A stretch of DNA of 64,000 nucleotides, from assembly GCA_026127935.1 (NCBI GenBank), contig JAJSLL010000004.1:3590-67589 (forward strand), in the 5' to 3' direction. Shown here piece by piece: positions 40,188-50,184 of this stretch. Source of the stretch: Thermoplasmatales archaeon. Its GTDB lineage: Archaea > Thermoplasmatota > Thermoplasmata > Thermoplasmatales > GCA-001856825. The notes under the pieces are model-generated. The model made no database searches. It saw only the letters and a program-made list of their open reading frames with translations, and was not told the origin of the DNA. The position numbers and the translations under genes are program-made. Position 1 is the stretch's first letter. Every line of letters starts with the position of its first letter.

Positions 40188-40868
40188 GTGAGTTTCACAT
40201 TATCAAGCATTATTCAGTACTTTGTTCAAGAATCACTTGCATTGATGAGTAGTTTGGGACCTGCGGGAGTATTCCTCCTGATGGTCCTTGAGGGACTAGG
40301 GCTTCCTTTCCCATCAGAAGTTATAATGGTATTTGCCGGTTTTCTCTCGGTTGGTAATGTTGGACTGTTCGTGGTTTATGCCTTGGCAGGCTCTGTTGGA
40401 GGGTTCGTCGGAAATCTGTTATTGTACTATATTTCAGTGTACGGTGGTAGACCGTTGATTCTCTTTATAGGGAGGTACGTCGGTCTAAAGGAGGAACATC
40501 TCCAGAGAACTGAGAAGTGGTTCGATACACGAGGAGAGTGGACGGTATTTTTCGGAAGATTCGTCCCCGGATTCAGATCTTACATGAGTGTCCCTGCGGG
40601 AGTGTCAAAGATGAACGTAGTAAGGTTCTCAATTTTGACCTTCTCCGGATCACTGATATGGTCTACTGCCCTCGAGGCCGGTGGATATGCCCTTGGTAGG
40701 TCGTGGAACAAGCTGGTTCCGATAATAAGCACCGTTGGAACAATACTGCTTGTGATATTCGTATTAGCATTCTTAGGATATTTCATCTACAGATTCTATG
40801 TGAAGAGAAAGAAGGAAGAAAAAGTTGGATCATCTGAAAATTCGCAACAGGCAAAGGGGATGAAGTAG
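40188..40868 (+). CDS. DedA-family membrane protein
   Basis: 226 aa with LEGLGLPFPSE and FFGRFVPGFRSY signatures. Confidence 0.85.
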   Translation: MSFTLSSIIQYFVQESLALMSSLGPAGVFLLMVLEGLGLPFPSEVIMVFAGFLSVGNVGLFVVYALAGSVGGFVGNLLLYYISVYGGRPLILFIGRYVGLKEEHLQRTEKWFDTRGEWTVFFGRFVPGFRSYMSVPAGVSKMNVVRFSILTFSGSLIWSTALEAGGYALGRSWNKLVPIISTVGTILLVIFVLAFLGYFIYRFYVKRKKEEKVGSSENSQQAKGMK

Positions 40869-40888
40869 TTTCTCAGGTAAGCTATATC

Positions 40889-41533
40889 TCAGAGGACTCC
40901 AAACGATATAAAGAAATATGCCACCAAAACGGCAGCGACTGCAAAAATAGCTCCCCAGTAAGTCTTGTTCCATGCGAAAACCTTACTTCCGTCGAGCGGT
41001 GGGAAAGGAATGAGATTGAATAGTCCGAGCCAGAGATTTATGTATACAAGGAAGTAGACGGCTGCATAAAATTCAAAATGCAGTGGGACAAATAGAAGGA
41101 CTGGCAACAGAGCAATTCCCATAACAAGGTTTGCTATTGGTCCTGCCATAGCTATCTTGCCTTCCCTTATCGGATTTCTGTAGCTGGCAAAGTATACGGC
41201 ACCGGGTAGTGCAAAAAGAAAGCCAATTAGTCCAGTTACGATTGTTAGCACGAGTCCTAGGGGCCACATTCTAAACTCAGACCAGGCCCCAAAGTGAATC
41301 GCAGTGAATTTGTGGCTCATTTCATGTATAAGAAAAGCGGTAATGGTCATCAAAAAACCTATTCCCAGCGCAGACAAGATCGGCAGTTTGAGAGGAACTC
41401 CGTTCACTTTGAATGTTGTACGGTATATGATGAGGAAAAGCGCTACGGAGAGAGTAACCACTGAAATGACAATGTCTTGAACCTCTTTCTTAGAGAAGTT
41501 GCTTTTCTTGTACGTAACGGTGTAGGTGGCCAT
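40889..41533 (-). CDS. M50-family (site-2 protease-like) membrane metalloprotease
   Basis: 214 aa and multi-TM, with HEMSHKFTA and FNLIPFPPLDGSKV. Confidence 0.8.
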   Translation of the reverse strand: MATYTVTYKKSNFSKKEVQDIVISVVTLSVALFLIIYRTTFKVNGVPLKLPILSALGIGFLMTITAFLIHEMSHKFTAIHFGAWSEFRMWPLGLVLTIVTGLIGFLFALPGAVYFASYRNPIREGKIAMAGPIANLVMGIALLPVLLFVPLHFEFYAAVYFLVYINLWLGLFNLIPFPPLDGSKVFAWNKTYWGAIFAVAAVLVAYFFISFGVL

Positions 41534-41650
41534 CTGGCCATGAAGTCAATTTGAATATATAATCTGAGCAGTCTATTTCGAAAATACATAGGCGTCCTCA
41601 CAAAATATTTATCAATCAATTTTGTCAATGGTTCAAGGAGAGGAAAAAGA

Positions 41651-42310
41651 ATGGTAAAACTAACCTGGTATGGTCATGCCGCGTGGCAGATTGATTTTAA
41701 CGATGCCGCTGTGGTGGTCGATCCCTTCCTGAACAATAATCCAAAATCACCCATAAAGGCAGAAAATCTGAAAAAGGTGGATTTTGTGATAGTGACCCAC
41801 AACCACGACGACCACCTTGGAGACGCGTTCGAAATTACCAAGAACAAGGGTGCCAAACTGATATCGATGTTTGAAAACGTTCTCCCTGGTTCAGAGAAAG
41901 GCATACCAGACGAAAACCTGGTAGGAATGAATATTGGCAACCAGGTAAACTTTGGTAAGATTAAGGTTGGTCTGGTTCCTGCGGTACACAGTGGGAACTG
42001 TGCAGGAATTGTAATAACGGGGGACGGAGTAACAATTTATCACGCAGGGGATACTGGACTATTCGGAGACATGAAACTTATAGGTCAGATGTACAAACCA
42101 AAGGTCTCGCTGCTGCCAACAGGGGGATTCTTCACGATGGGACCGAAAGAGGCAGCGATGGCAGCAAGGATGATTGGGTCAGAAATCGTCATGCCTATGC
42201 ACTATGGCACCTTCCCACCAATTGACTCGAATCCAAACGAGCTTCGAGATGCACTGGGGGACGAGTTCAAGGTTCCAATTATGAAACCGGGAGAGTCATT
42301 CATAGTATAA
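41651..42310 (+). CDS. UPF0173 metal-dependent hydrolase (metallo-beta-lactamase fold)
   Basis: 219 aa with KLTWYGHAAWQI and VTHNHDDHLGD (HxHxDH). Confidence 0.8.
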   Translation: MVKLTWYGHAAWQIDFNDAAVVVDPFLNNNPKSPIKAENLKKVDFVIVTHNHDDHLGDAFEITKNKGAKLISMFENVLPGSEKGIPDENLVGMNIGNQVNFGKIKVGLVPAVHSGNCAGIVITGDGVTIYHAGDTGLFGDMKLIGQMYKPKVSLLPTGGFFTMGPKEAAMAARMIGSEIVMPMHYGTFPPIDSNPNELRDALGDEFKVPIMKPGESFIV

Positions 42311-42336
42311 CAAATAAAAGACAAAGGCTAAATTTC

Positions 42337-43296
42337 TTGATTTCCTATTCAGATGTGCCCACGGAAAACTATCTCGGTTTCGACATTGGAGGAACAAAGA
42401 TCACTGCAGTACTCGCATCGAGCGAAGGTCGAGTGAAGAAAAGGTTAGAAGTTAAGACGAGGAAATTCAGAGGGGTAGCAGAACTAATCGACCAGATTCA
42501 GGTGACAGGAAAGCAGTTTGACCATTTTGATGAAGTAGGCGTTATATTCCCCGCACCTATTTCTAACAGTGGTATCTCATTAACTGCACCCAACCTCATC
42601 GGATGGGATGAAGTCAACATTCGCAAAAGGTTGAAGCAGATCTTTCACAGAGAAGTGTTCATAGAGAATGATGCTACTGCCCAAGCTATATCCGTCAAAC
42701 TGTTTGACAAGGGAAAGAAGTACAGGAACTATGTCTATCTCGTTGTGGGGACAGGAATTGGAGGAGGGATATTTTTCAACAATGAAGTCTACAGGGGTGG
42801 AAATGGATACGCAGGGGAGCTCGGACACACGGTAGTACTTGCAAATGGTCCACTATGTGGTTGTGGTCGGAGGGGTTGCATAGAATCTCTTGCCTCCGGG
42901 CGGTCGCTCGCCAGGAGAGCAATTGAAAACTCTAAAGAAGTAAGGAACTCCCCATTCTTATCTTCTATACCGCTAGAAAGGATTTCGGCCGAGGATATTT
43001 TTAGCGGGCGAAAACTCGGAGACCATTTCTGCACTTTTCTGGTGGATGAGACAGTGTATTACCTTTCCGTAGCTATAGCAAACTACGTAAATGAGTTTGA
43101 CCCAGAGGCCATATTTCTGGGGGGAGGTATGATGAAAAATGACCCTGCATTTGTGTCCGAACTAAAGGATGCAGTGGACAATGAGCTCGGGAAGTATTAC
43201 AGAGACGTTCCTATTATGAGGGTTGCGGACAGAACAGTAGAATTGGCCCCGATAGCACTTCCAATCTACGAAACAATGAAACGAAAAAAGAACTGA
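42337..43296 (+). CDS. ROK-family sugar kinase (glucokinase-like)
   Basis: 319 aa with GFDIGGTK, GTGIGGGI, GELGH and the zinc motif CGCGRRGCIE. Confidence 0.85.
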   Translation: MISYSDVPTENYLGFDIGGTKITAVLASSEGRVKKRLEVKTRKFRGVAELIDQIQVTGKQFDHFDEVGVIFPAPISNSGISLTAPNLIGWDEVNIRKRLKQIFHREVFIENDATAQAISVKLFDKGKKYRNYVYLVVGTGIGGGIFFNNEVYRGGNGYAGELGHTVVLANGPLCGCGRRGCIESLASGRSLARRAIENSKEVRNSPFLSSIPLERISAEDIFSGRKLGDHFCTFLVDETVYYLSVAIANYVNEFDPEAIFLGGGMMKNDPAFVSELKDAVDNELGKYYRDVPIMRVADRTVELAPIALPIYETMKRKKN

Positions 43297-43381
43297 CTTT
43301 AGGATCTCCCTATACCGGTACAGTGACATTGAGTGCCATGGGGTGAGAAATGTTTTTAGCCATATTTCTATGAATAGCTAT

Positions 43382-44560
43382 ATGTCTAAAATAAAAGATA
43401 TAGAGATATTGGAGTTGGGAGAGGAAGGAGAGAAGTCCAGTCCTTGGAGTTCTACAATTCTTGTCCTTAGGCTCATAACAAGCGATGGGGAGATGGGTTA
43501 TGGTGAGGCTCCAACTACATTGATGACTCGACCCGTTTATGAAGAAATGAGGGAAGTTGGAAGAATATTCCTTAACAAAGAAGTTGATGATATTAGGAAA
43601 AACTACCTTGAATTTTACAAACACTCCTTCTATCTGCCTGTATCTATGGAATCAACCGCCGCCCTAAGTGCATTTGAGATAGCATCCTGGGACATAGTGG
43701 GCAAACAATATGGGGCTCCTATCTACAATCTACTGGGAGGAAGGGTCAGGGAAGATGTAAGAGCTTATGCAAACGGCTGGTACGACGAATGCGTAACACC
43801 CCAGGACTTCCTTACCAAGGCAAAAGAAGTAGAAAGGATGGGGTTCACCGCAGCAAAGTTTGACCCATTTGGACCGAATTATGACAAGATAGACGAAAAG
43901 GGGGTCGAAATGGCGAGAAAGATAATTGAGACTCTAAAGGAGAAAACGAAATTAGATCTTCTCATAGAGTGTCACGGGAGATTTTCTGCGAATTCCGCTA
44001 TCAGAATGGCAGAGGGAATAGAGGACCTTGACCCATTTTTTGTGGAGGAACCAGTTCATCCAGATCAGATTACTGGTTTGAAGAGACTCAGGGAGAGGAC
44101 GGATGTGAGGATAGCACTGGGCGAGAGAGTTCTGAACAAGAATCTATTCCTGCCATACTTTATATCAGACTTGGTAGACGTTATTCAGCCGGACGTGACA
44201 AATATCGGGGGAATAATACAGGGCAAAGAATCAGCCATTCTGGCCGATTCGTTTGGAGTGGAAGTAGCTTACCACAATGCATTCGGACCAATTCAAACCG
44301 CAGCCACACTCCACCTAGATTACAACATACCGAACTTTCTGATCCAGGAGAGCTTCGAGAAATTCTGGCCTAAGTGGAAGAAGGGGCTGGTCAAGTCAGG
44401 ATACAATCTAGATGATGGACATTTCTCCCTGAGCGGGAAACCAGGCCTAGGGATTGAGGTTGATGAGAAGATTATCGACAGCTACAAGACCCAAAGAATG
44501 GAACCATTCAACCCGAATGAACCTCCTTGGGTAGTCAAAGGAACATTCAAAGCAAGGTGA
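43382..44560 (+). CDS. D-gluconate dehydratase (enolase superfamily, MR/MLE family)
   Basis: It is colinear with Sulfolobus-type gluconate dehydratase as remembered: GYGEAPTT, YANGWYDECVTPQDF, KFDPFGPNYD, IECHGRFSANSAIRMAE, EEPVHP, ALGERV, VAYHNAFGPIQ, PPWVVKGTFK. ATG at 43382 (MSKIKDIEIL) is preferred over GTG at 43343. Confidence 0.85.
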   Translation: MSKIKDIEILELGEEGEKSSPWSSTILVLRLITSDGEMGYGEAPTTLMTRPVYEEMREVGRIFLNKEVDDIRKNYLEFYKHSFYLPVSMESTAALSAFEIASWDIVGKQYGAPIYNLLGGRVREDVRAYANGWYDECVTPQDFLTKAKEVERMGFTAAKFDPFGPNYDKIDEKGVEMARKIIETLKEKTKLDLLIECHGRFSANSAIRMAEGIEDLDPFFVEEPVHPDQITGLKRLRERTDVRIALGERVLNKNLFLPYFISDLVDVIQPDVTNIGGIIQGKESAILADSFGVEVAYHNAFGPIQTAATLHLDYNIPNFLIQESFEKFWPKWKKGLVKSGYNLDDGHFSLSGKPGLGIEVDEKIIDSYKTQRMEPFNPNEPPWVVKGTFKAR

Positions 44561-44565
44561 TTTAA

Positions 44566-45180
44566 TTGCACATCTATGACCTGTCAGTCCCTCTTGAGAA
44601 GCACACACCATATTTTAAGGGTGATCCGGTGCCCCTAATTGAACAGTACAAGACAATAGAGAGGGACGGATACAACATAAAGTCACTAACCATTGGAACT
44701 CATACAGGGACTCACCTGGATGCACCGGCACACTTCATAAAGGGAGGGAAGACCATAGATCAACTGGATCTGTCGGATCTCAGGGGATCCGGAACCTGCA
44801 TTTCTTACGATCCATCGGTAAAGATAGTGTTGCCTGAGAAACACCACGAGATAATCCTCCTGTACACTGGATATAATACGAAATGGAGTACTTACGGCAC
44901 TTTTGAGAATTTTACTTACATAAACAAGGAAGATGCAGAGACTCTCAGAGAATACGGCGTGAAGCTCGTAGGAATAGATTCTCCATCTGCTGAAATTCAG
45001 GACTCAAAGGGGTTTGAGGCTCATCACATTCTGCTCGGCAGCTCGATACCGATAGTTGAGAATCTTAACTCTTTGACATTGGCAAAATTAGTAAATCATA
45101 CTTTCTCAGTGGAGGTAATGCCAATCTTGGTAAATGATGGAGATGGAGCTCCCGCAAGAGTAATCGCGATAGAGGAATGA
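44566..45180 (+). CDS. cyclase-family protein (kynurenine formamidase/isatin hydrolase fold)
   Basis: 204 aa with the diagnostic motif GTHTGTHLDAPAHF. Its stop overlaps the glucose dehydrogenase start (ATGA). Confidence 0.8.
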   Translation: MHIYDLSVPLEKHTPYFKGDPVPLIEQYKTIERDGYNIKSLTIGTHTGTHLDAPAHFIKGGKTIDQLDLSDLRGSGTCISYDPSVKIVLPEKHHEIILLYTGYNTKWSTYGTFENFTYINKEDAETLREYGVKLVGIDSPSAEIQDSKGFEAHHILLGSSIPIVENLNSLTLAKLVNHTFSVEVMPILVNDGDGAPARVIAIEE

Positions 45181-46250
45181 GCATGAGAGCAATAACAACA
45201 GTTCCGCCAGGTGGAGGAGTCAAGCTGTCAGAGGTAAATGAAGAAAAGGGCGATGGTATCAGAGTAAGAACATTTAGAACCGGAATATGTGGTACGGACA
45301 AAGAGATTGCCGCGGGTAAGCTTTCTTTTGCAAGACCCGAAATTGGAAATTCATTGATAATCGGGCACGAGGCAGTGGGTGTCGTAACAGAGTCAAACGG
45401 AAATTTTGAATTCAAGGAAGGAGATATTGTGGTCCCTATGGTGAGAAGACCCGGGAGCTGCAGAATGTGCAGATTGGGAAGACAGGACTATTGTGAAGAT
45501 GGAAAATTTGTGGAAGCTGGAATTAGGGGGAAGAACGGGTTCATGAGGGATGAATTCACAGAGGATCCGCGTTTTCTGGTCAGAGTGGAGAACAAGTCAA
45601 TACAGGATCTCGCAGTCCTCACGGAGCCACTCAAGAATGTGATGAAGATGAAGGAAATATTCCAATTTCTCAGAATGAGGATCCCATGGTATTGCGAGGA
45701 TTCTACTCTCTCCTGTAAGAACATGTATGTGTTTGGAACCGGAACTGAGGGACTCCTTATCTCGATTGTTTTCAAAACCTTGGGCATGAACGTGATTGAA
45801 GTCAACAGGCACCCCCTTGACGAGAATGTGATGAATTACTTGGAAAGGAACAAGATCGATTATCTAGATACTTCTTCAGAAGGTATTGACAAAATGGTCA
45901 AGGATAAACCGATGGATGCTGCAATTGACGCAGTTGGTTCGATGGACGTACTGAGAGAGGTAACCGATAATATCAGGAACAACGGAATAGCAATCATGTT
46001 CGGTACGAGCGGTCAACTTCCATCCTCAAACTTCGATGTTCTAGAAAACTTGGTGGACAGAAATCTTACGATAGCTGGGAGTGTCGACGGAGCGAAAACT
46101 CACTATGCCGATGCCGTGAAGTTCATTGAAACCCATGGCAAAGTAATGGAGATGGATAAATTGATAACGGGAACGTATGAACCGGATAACTTGAAGATAT
46201 TTATGGAGAAAGAAAAACAGGAGATAAAAAAGGTAATAGCTTGGTCGTGA
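45177..46250 (+). CDS. gdh: glucose 1-dehydrogenase (zinc-containing MDR family)
   Basis: 357 aa with GICGTDKEIAAGKLSF and GHEAVGVV zinc-ligand motifs. The N-terminal region resembles Thermoplasma/Sulfolobus glucose dehydrogenase. Confidence 0.8.
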   Translation: MSMRAITTVPPGGGVKLSEVNEEKGDGIRVRTFRTGICGTDKEIAAGKLSFARPEIGNSLIIGHEAVGVVTESNGNFEFKEGDIVVPMVRRPGSCRMCRLGRQDYCEDGKFVEAGIRGKNGFMRDEFTEDPRFLVRVENKSIQDLAVLTEPLKNVMKMKEIFQFLRMRIPWYCEDSTLSCKNMYVFGTGTEGLLISIVFKTLGMNVIEVNRHPLDENVMNYLERNKIDYLDTSSEGIDKMVKDKPMDAAIDAVGSMDVLREVTDNIRNNGIAIMFGTSGQLPSSNFDVLENLVDRNLTIAGSVDGAKTHYADAVKFIETHGKVMEMDKLITGTYEPDNLKIFMEKEKQEIKKVIAWS

Positions 46251-46272
46251 TTTCCCCTCAAGGAGCTAAATC

Positions 46273-47460
46273 TTGAGGAGTGGACTTCGCAATATCTACA
46301 TCTACTCATTTTTCTACACATTTCTCCTTCTAAATCCAATATGGGTCCTGTATTTACTGAATATCGGGTATAGTATATTTTATGTTACAGTTCTGGACGT
46401 AGTCTTCTATCTCACAATAGTTCTAACAAGCATTCCAATGGGACGTATCACAGATTCCATTGGGAGAAAGAAGGCATTGTTCATTTCATCGATTCTTACG
46501 GGAGTGGGGATCATATTTTTTGGTCTGTTCCAGTCATTCTTGGGCATCGCAATCAGCTATGTCGTATGGGGAATAGGTGTTGCAATAAATTCTGGTGCAC
46601 TTGAGAGTGTGACGTATGAATATACGATGTCTCACGAAATGAAGTATCTGCAGATCATCGGTGTTGTAAACTTTCTGTCAGCAGTATCAGTTGCTATCGC
46701 CTCCCTTCTGGGAGGTTATATCGGAGAGTACATAGGACTGAAAGTTGTTGTTATTCTAACCGCACTCGTAGTTCTGTCATCTTCACTTTTCACTCTAAGG
46801 CTAAAAGAGAGGAAGAGAGAACTCACCCATAACAAGTTCTCGCTGAAGTTAAGGAATTACATAAAGGATAGAAGAATCCTGAGCATAATTCTGCTCAGAG
46901 TCGCACTATTGCTCAACATCAACATGATGCTAATTTTCAAGCAGCCGTACTACAAGGAAATGGGAATAGATACTGGGTTGATAGGAGTGATATTTTTTGT
47001 AGACGTACTCCTAAGGGGTATCGCTTCCCTGAACACACACCGGTTGGCTTTCATAGCTAGGAATAGATTCTTTGCTATGCTGCTCTTCACTTCACTCACC
47101 TTCTTCACCATCTACATCCCGGGCCTGATTGAAAATTGGATATCCCTAGTTTTCTTGATACTCAATTCTGTAATATTCGGCTTCTATTCAAACATCCTGA
47201 GTGAGGAAGTCAATGCACTGGTGCCATCGGAGATCAGGGCAACTGTTCTATCAGTGATATTTCTCGTGAGTTCACTTCTTACTGCGTTCGCTGAACCATT
47301 CTTGGGTTATTCTGCAACGGTAATCGGACTTGAGAAGACACTGCTGATATTCAGCGTGATTTTCTTGATCTTGTCAACTCTAGCGATATTCATCCATATT
47401 ATGGGGAAGGACAGCACTAGTTTCAAACTGGTACTAGACAAGAAGGGAAGTCAATCCTGA
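46273..47460 (+). CDS. MFS transporter
   Basis: 395 aa with about 12 TM segments and the loop motif GRITDSIGRKKA. Confidence 0.75.
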   Translation: MRSGLRNIYIYSFFYTFLLLNPIWVLYLLNIGYSIFYVTVLDVVFYLTIVLTSIPMGRITDSIGRKKALFISSILTGVGIIFFGLFQSFLGIAISYVVWGIGVAINSGALESVTYEYTMSHEMKYLQIIGVVNFLSAVSVAIASLLGGYIGEYIGLKVVVILTALVVLSSSLFTLRLKERKRELTHNKFSLKLRNYIKDRRILSIILLRVALLLNINMMLIFKQPYYKEMGIDTGLIGVIFFVDVLLRGIASLNTHRLAFIARNRFFAMLLFTSLTFFTIYIPGLIENWISLVFLILNSVIFGFYSNILSEEVNALVPSEIRATVLSVIFLVSSLLTAFAEPFLGYSATVIGLEKTLLIFSVIFLILSTLAIFIHIMGKDSTSFKLVLDKKGSQS

Positions 47461-47996
47461 ATCATTCTGATAGAGCGATCTCTGATCTTCTCAAAAATGT
47501 TATTTTCCAAGGGATAGGAAAATTGGCAAATTTCAATTCCTTCCACGAATTGGGCTAGCTCTTTCTTTGCCTCCCCAAAAAGACGCATTGCATTTGACTT
47601 ATGATCCATCTGAAAGTGTACCATCGAGACGCAGAGAAGCACTACCCCATGAAAGAACTTACTTCTATGGTTTTGGAAGTGCTTCCAGTAATCTTCGAAC
47701 AACTCGTGTGCAAGCCAGTATTTTTCTTCGCCCACCAAATTGAAGCCTTCAACTATACCATCCTTCAATTCACTTGTCGTACTAAGCTGTAGAGATTCAC
47801 CACGTACAAAGACGCAAATCTCATAAAAATCATTCAGCGTTGAAATGTATTCCAATCCGTCTTCAACTGTTTGGAACCTCAAGTCGACTTCTAGTGAGTT
47901 TTTTCCATGCCTTAAGATTTGAAATTTGTCAGTCCCAAATCTCAGTGTGTCCGTATTCCAAGTAAACAATAGGATCCGAAATTTCCAATCTAGCAT
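47451..47996 (-). CDS. DUF309-like protein
   Basis: 181 aa. The C-terminal half has the WLAHELFEDYWK...GVVLLCVSMVHF pattern reminiscent of DUF309. Confidence 0.4.
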   Translation of the reverse strand: MLDWKFRILLFTWNTDTLRFGTDKFQILRHGKNSLEVDLRFQTVEDGLEYISTLNDFYEICVFVRGESLQLSTTSELKDGIVEGFNLVGEEKYWLAHELFEDYWKHFQNHRSKFFHGVVLLCVSMVHFQMDHKSNAMRLFGEAKKELAQFVEGIEICQFSYPLENNIFEKIRDRSIRMIQD

Positions 47997-48390
47997 TGAT
48001 TGCTTATATGAGTTCCGGACTTAAAATTAGGCCCATTATTCGCGCTCACAATTTATTACTAAGATTTTCAATATATAATAGGCAAAATTGCATATCTGTA
48101 GCTGCAATCGGGTTGGCAAGAATGAAGAAAACAAACTCTCGTTGCTAGAGCTCCCCATTTTATTGACTAAGAGTTTTCCAAATAAGTGGTAGTCCACTCA
48201 GTAAAAAATATTTGTCACACCGTCTCGTATTGCTAACAATCCGTGCAAGGAATTGCATTATCTGGTCCAGCCGTCGCAATTGCACCTTCATTTGCCTGGT
48301 CTGCTACAGCGAAAACAATGATCTAAGCACATTCTACGGAATTGAACTAATCTTTATTGTATAATAAAAAAAGAAAATGTTTAAGAATTT

Positions 48391-49845
48391 TTACCTGCCA
48401 ACTTGCGCCGCTACCTCCCTATCCTCAAGATATGCGGAATCTCTGGAGGATTCTTCGAGCGATTTACCCCTGGGTTCCGGCAGGAGGATTATAGTCAATA
48501 TCAATCCTATAGCTGCAAGGACTGAAAGCACAAGGAACAGACCTCTCAGGTGGAACTGAGCAGTGATGAATATGTTGAGGAATGTTCCTATGAACGCTCC
48601 CATTTTGCCTCCTGCTGCAGCAAATCCGGAACCCGTTCCCCTTGCGGATATCGGAAATACCTCAGGAGGGATGACGAATGTTGTCACGTTTGGTCCGAAC
48701 TCTATGAAGAAGTAGCTGATTCCGTACAAGACCAGGAACTGAAGCACAAAGGCGGATGTTGTCAGGAAGGTGAATATCCCCAATATGCCGAAGGAGATGG
48801 CCATCATGGCAAACCCAACTATCTGTATTGGCTTCCTACCGATCCTATCCATAGTGAAAGTAGCTATCCAGTATCCTGGGAATGCCGCTATGCCGAAGAT
48901 GAGTGCACTGAATTCCGTGCTCCTAATGACGTGAGCAATCCCGGTGATACTTGAAGGGACCAGGAATCCCAGCATTTCGCTTGACATTATGCTGTTACCA
49001 TACAATGCCCAGTCCATGAGGAACCAGCTTCCTGCAGTCACGATTACAAGACCGATAAGCTTTGGATCTGTTAACATTCTCTTCAACGTCATATGACTCT
49101 TTGCCATGACATTTTTCTTTGTTACTGAAACGTTCATGTTTGTGTATTTGTCGAGGTCACTGGAAGCTTTGTCCAGTTTCCCCCTCACTATCGCGGTATA
49201 TTTAGGAGGCTCAGGCATCTTTCTTCTATAGTAGATTACCACTGCTGCAGGTATTGCGCCTATTGCAAGCAGAAGTTTCCATGTTATTCCTGGATATACT
49301 CCAGTTGTCAGGAATGCTAGAGCAACCAGTGGGCCTGATACCAGTCCCAGGCTCTGCATCGAAAATACCATACCAATGAATCTGCCCCTGTTCTTTGTGT
49401 TGGAGTATTCGCTCATGATCACTGAACTCGTTGCATAATCTCCTCCAATACCAATTCCCAGTAAAAATCTCCACGCTATGAGGAAGTAAATTCCGTTCAC
49501 CGGAACCAGAAATGCACTTCCTACAGCTCCTATTATGAGTAATATGAGTTCCAGCCCGTATACTGCCTTCCTTCCAAGCAAGTCGAGGAGCCTCCCGAAT
49601 ATCGTTGCGCCTATCACCGCAGCTATGAGTGCGGTTGATGCCACCAGGGATGTTTCAAATGTCGTGAATTTGTTCCACCCGGCCAAGGGAAGTATTGAGA
49701 GTACGACGCCTATTATGAAGAGGTCGTATGCATCCGTGAAAAAACCCATTCCAGCTGTCAACCATGTCTTGTAGTGGAAGCCGGAGGGCTTGGATTCATT
49801 CAAGGAATCCACTATCCTCTCGACATCACCGTCAATGTTATTCAT
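48391..49845 (-). CDS. MFS transporter, phosphate:H+ symporter/sugar-porter-like
   Basis: 484 aa with GRLLDLLGRKAVYG and GDYATSSVIMSEYSNTKNRGRF (Pho84-like). Confidence 0.65.
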   Translation of the reverse strand: MNNIDGDVERIVDSLNESKPSGFHYKTWLTAGMGFFTDAYDLFIIGVVLSILPLAGWNKFTTFETSLVASTALIAAVIGATIFGRLLDLLGRKAVYGLELILLIIGAVGSAFLVPVNGIYFLIAWRFLLGIGIGGDYATSSVIMSEYSNTKNRGRFIGMVFSMQSLGLVSGPLVALAFLTTGVYPGITWKLLLAIGAIPAAVVIYYRRKMPEPPKYTAIVRGKLDKASSDLDKYTNMNVSVTKKNVMAKSHMTLKRMLTDPKLIGLVIVTAGSWFLMDWALYGNSIMSSEMLGFLVPSSITGIAHVIRSTEFSALIFGIAAFPGYWIATFTMDRIGRKPIQIVGFAMMAISFGILGIFTFLTTSAFVLQFLVLYGISYFFIEFGPNVTTFVIPPEVFPISARGTGSGFAAAGGKMGAFIGTFLNIFITAQFHLRGLFLVLSVLAAIGLILTIILLPEPRGKSLEESSRDSAYLEDREVAAQVGR

Positions 49846-50184
49846 TTGACATCACAATGAGGAGGCGATGGGAGTGTTAATTGTCATGCAATTTCTTTAG
49901 GTGATCTATGTTGTGCAACGTAAAATATATAGTAACCCTTTATTAACCGCTTAAATGAAATCATTTCCCCCAATCTTCTATTCATGAGACAGGGGAGAAA
50001 CAATCAAGGTTCTCGCACGACAATTTCACTGCTCCAGGGTAATCATATTTTCTAGTGCTTTCGTGCAAATTCATTTTAGAAGGTACTAAATGTAAAGTTT
50101 AAAATAAGATGGGAAGGGTTTAGTGATGGGTACTTCGGCCAATTGCTTTTACCGATGTCTCCTTTTCATCACACCTTCCATAAT

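Noticed and set aside
48236-48330. Minus-strand peptide-like frame (IIVFAVADQANEGAIATAGPDNAIPCTDC) in a long intergenic region
   Set aside because: The frame contains no ATG, GTG or TTG start after the preceding stop, and it is very short.
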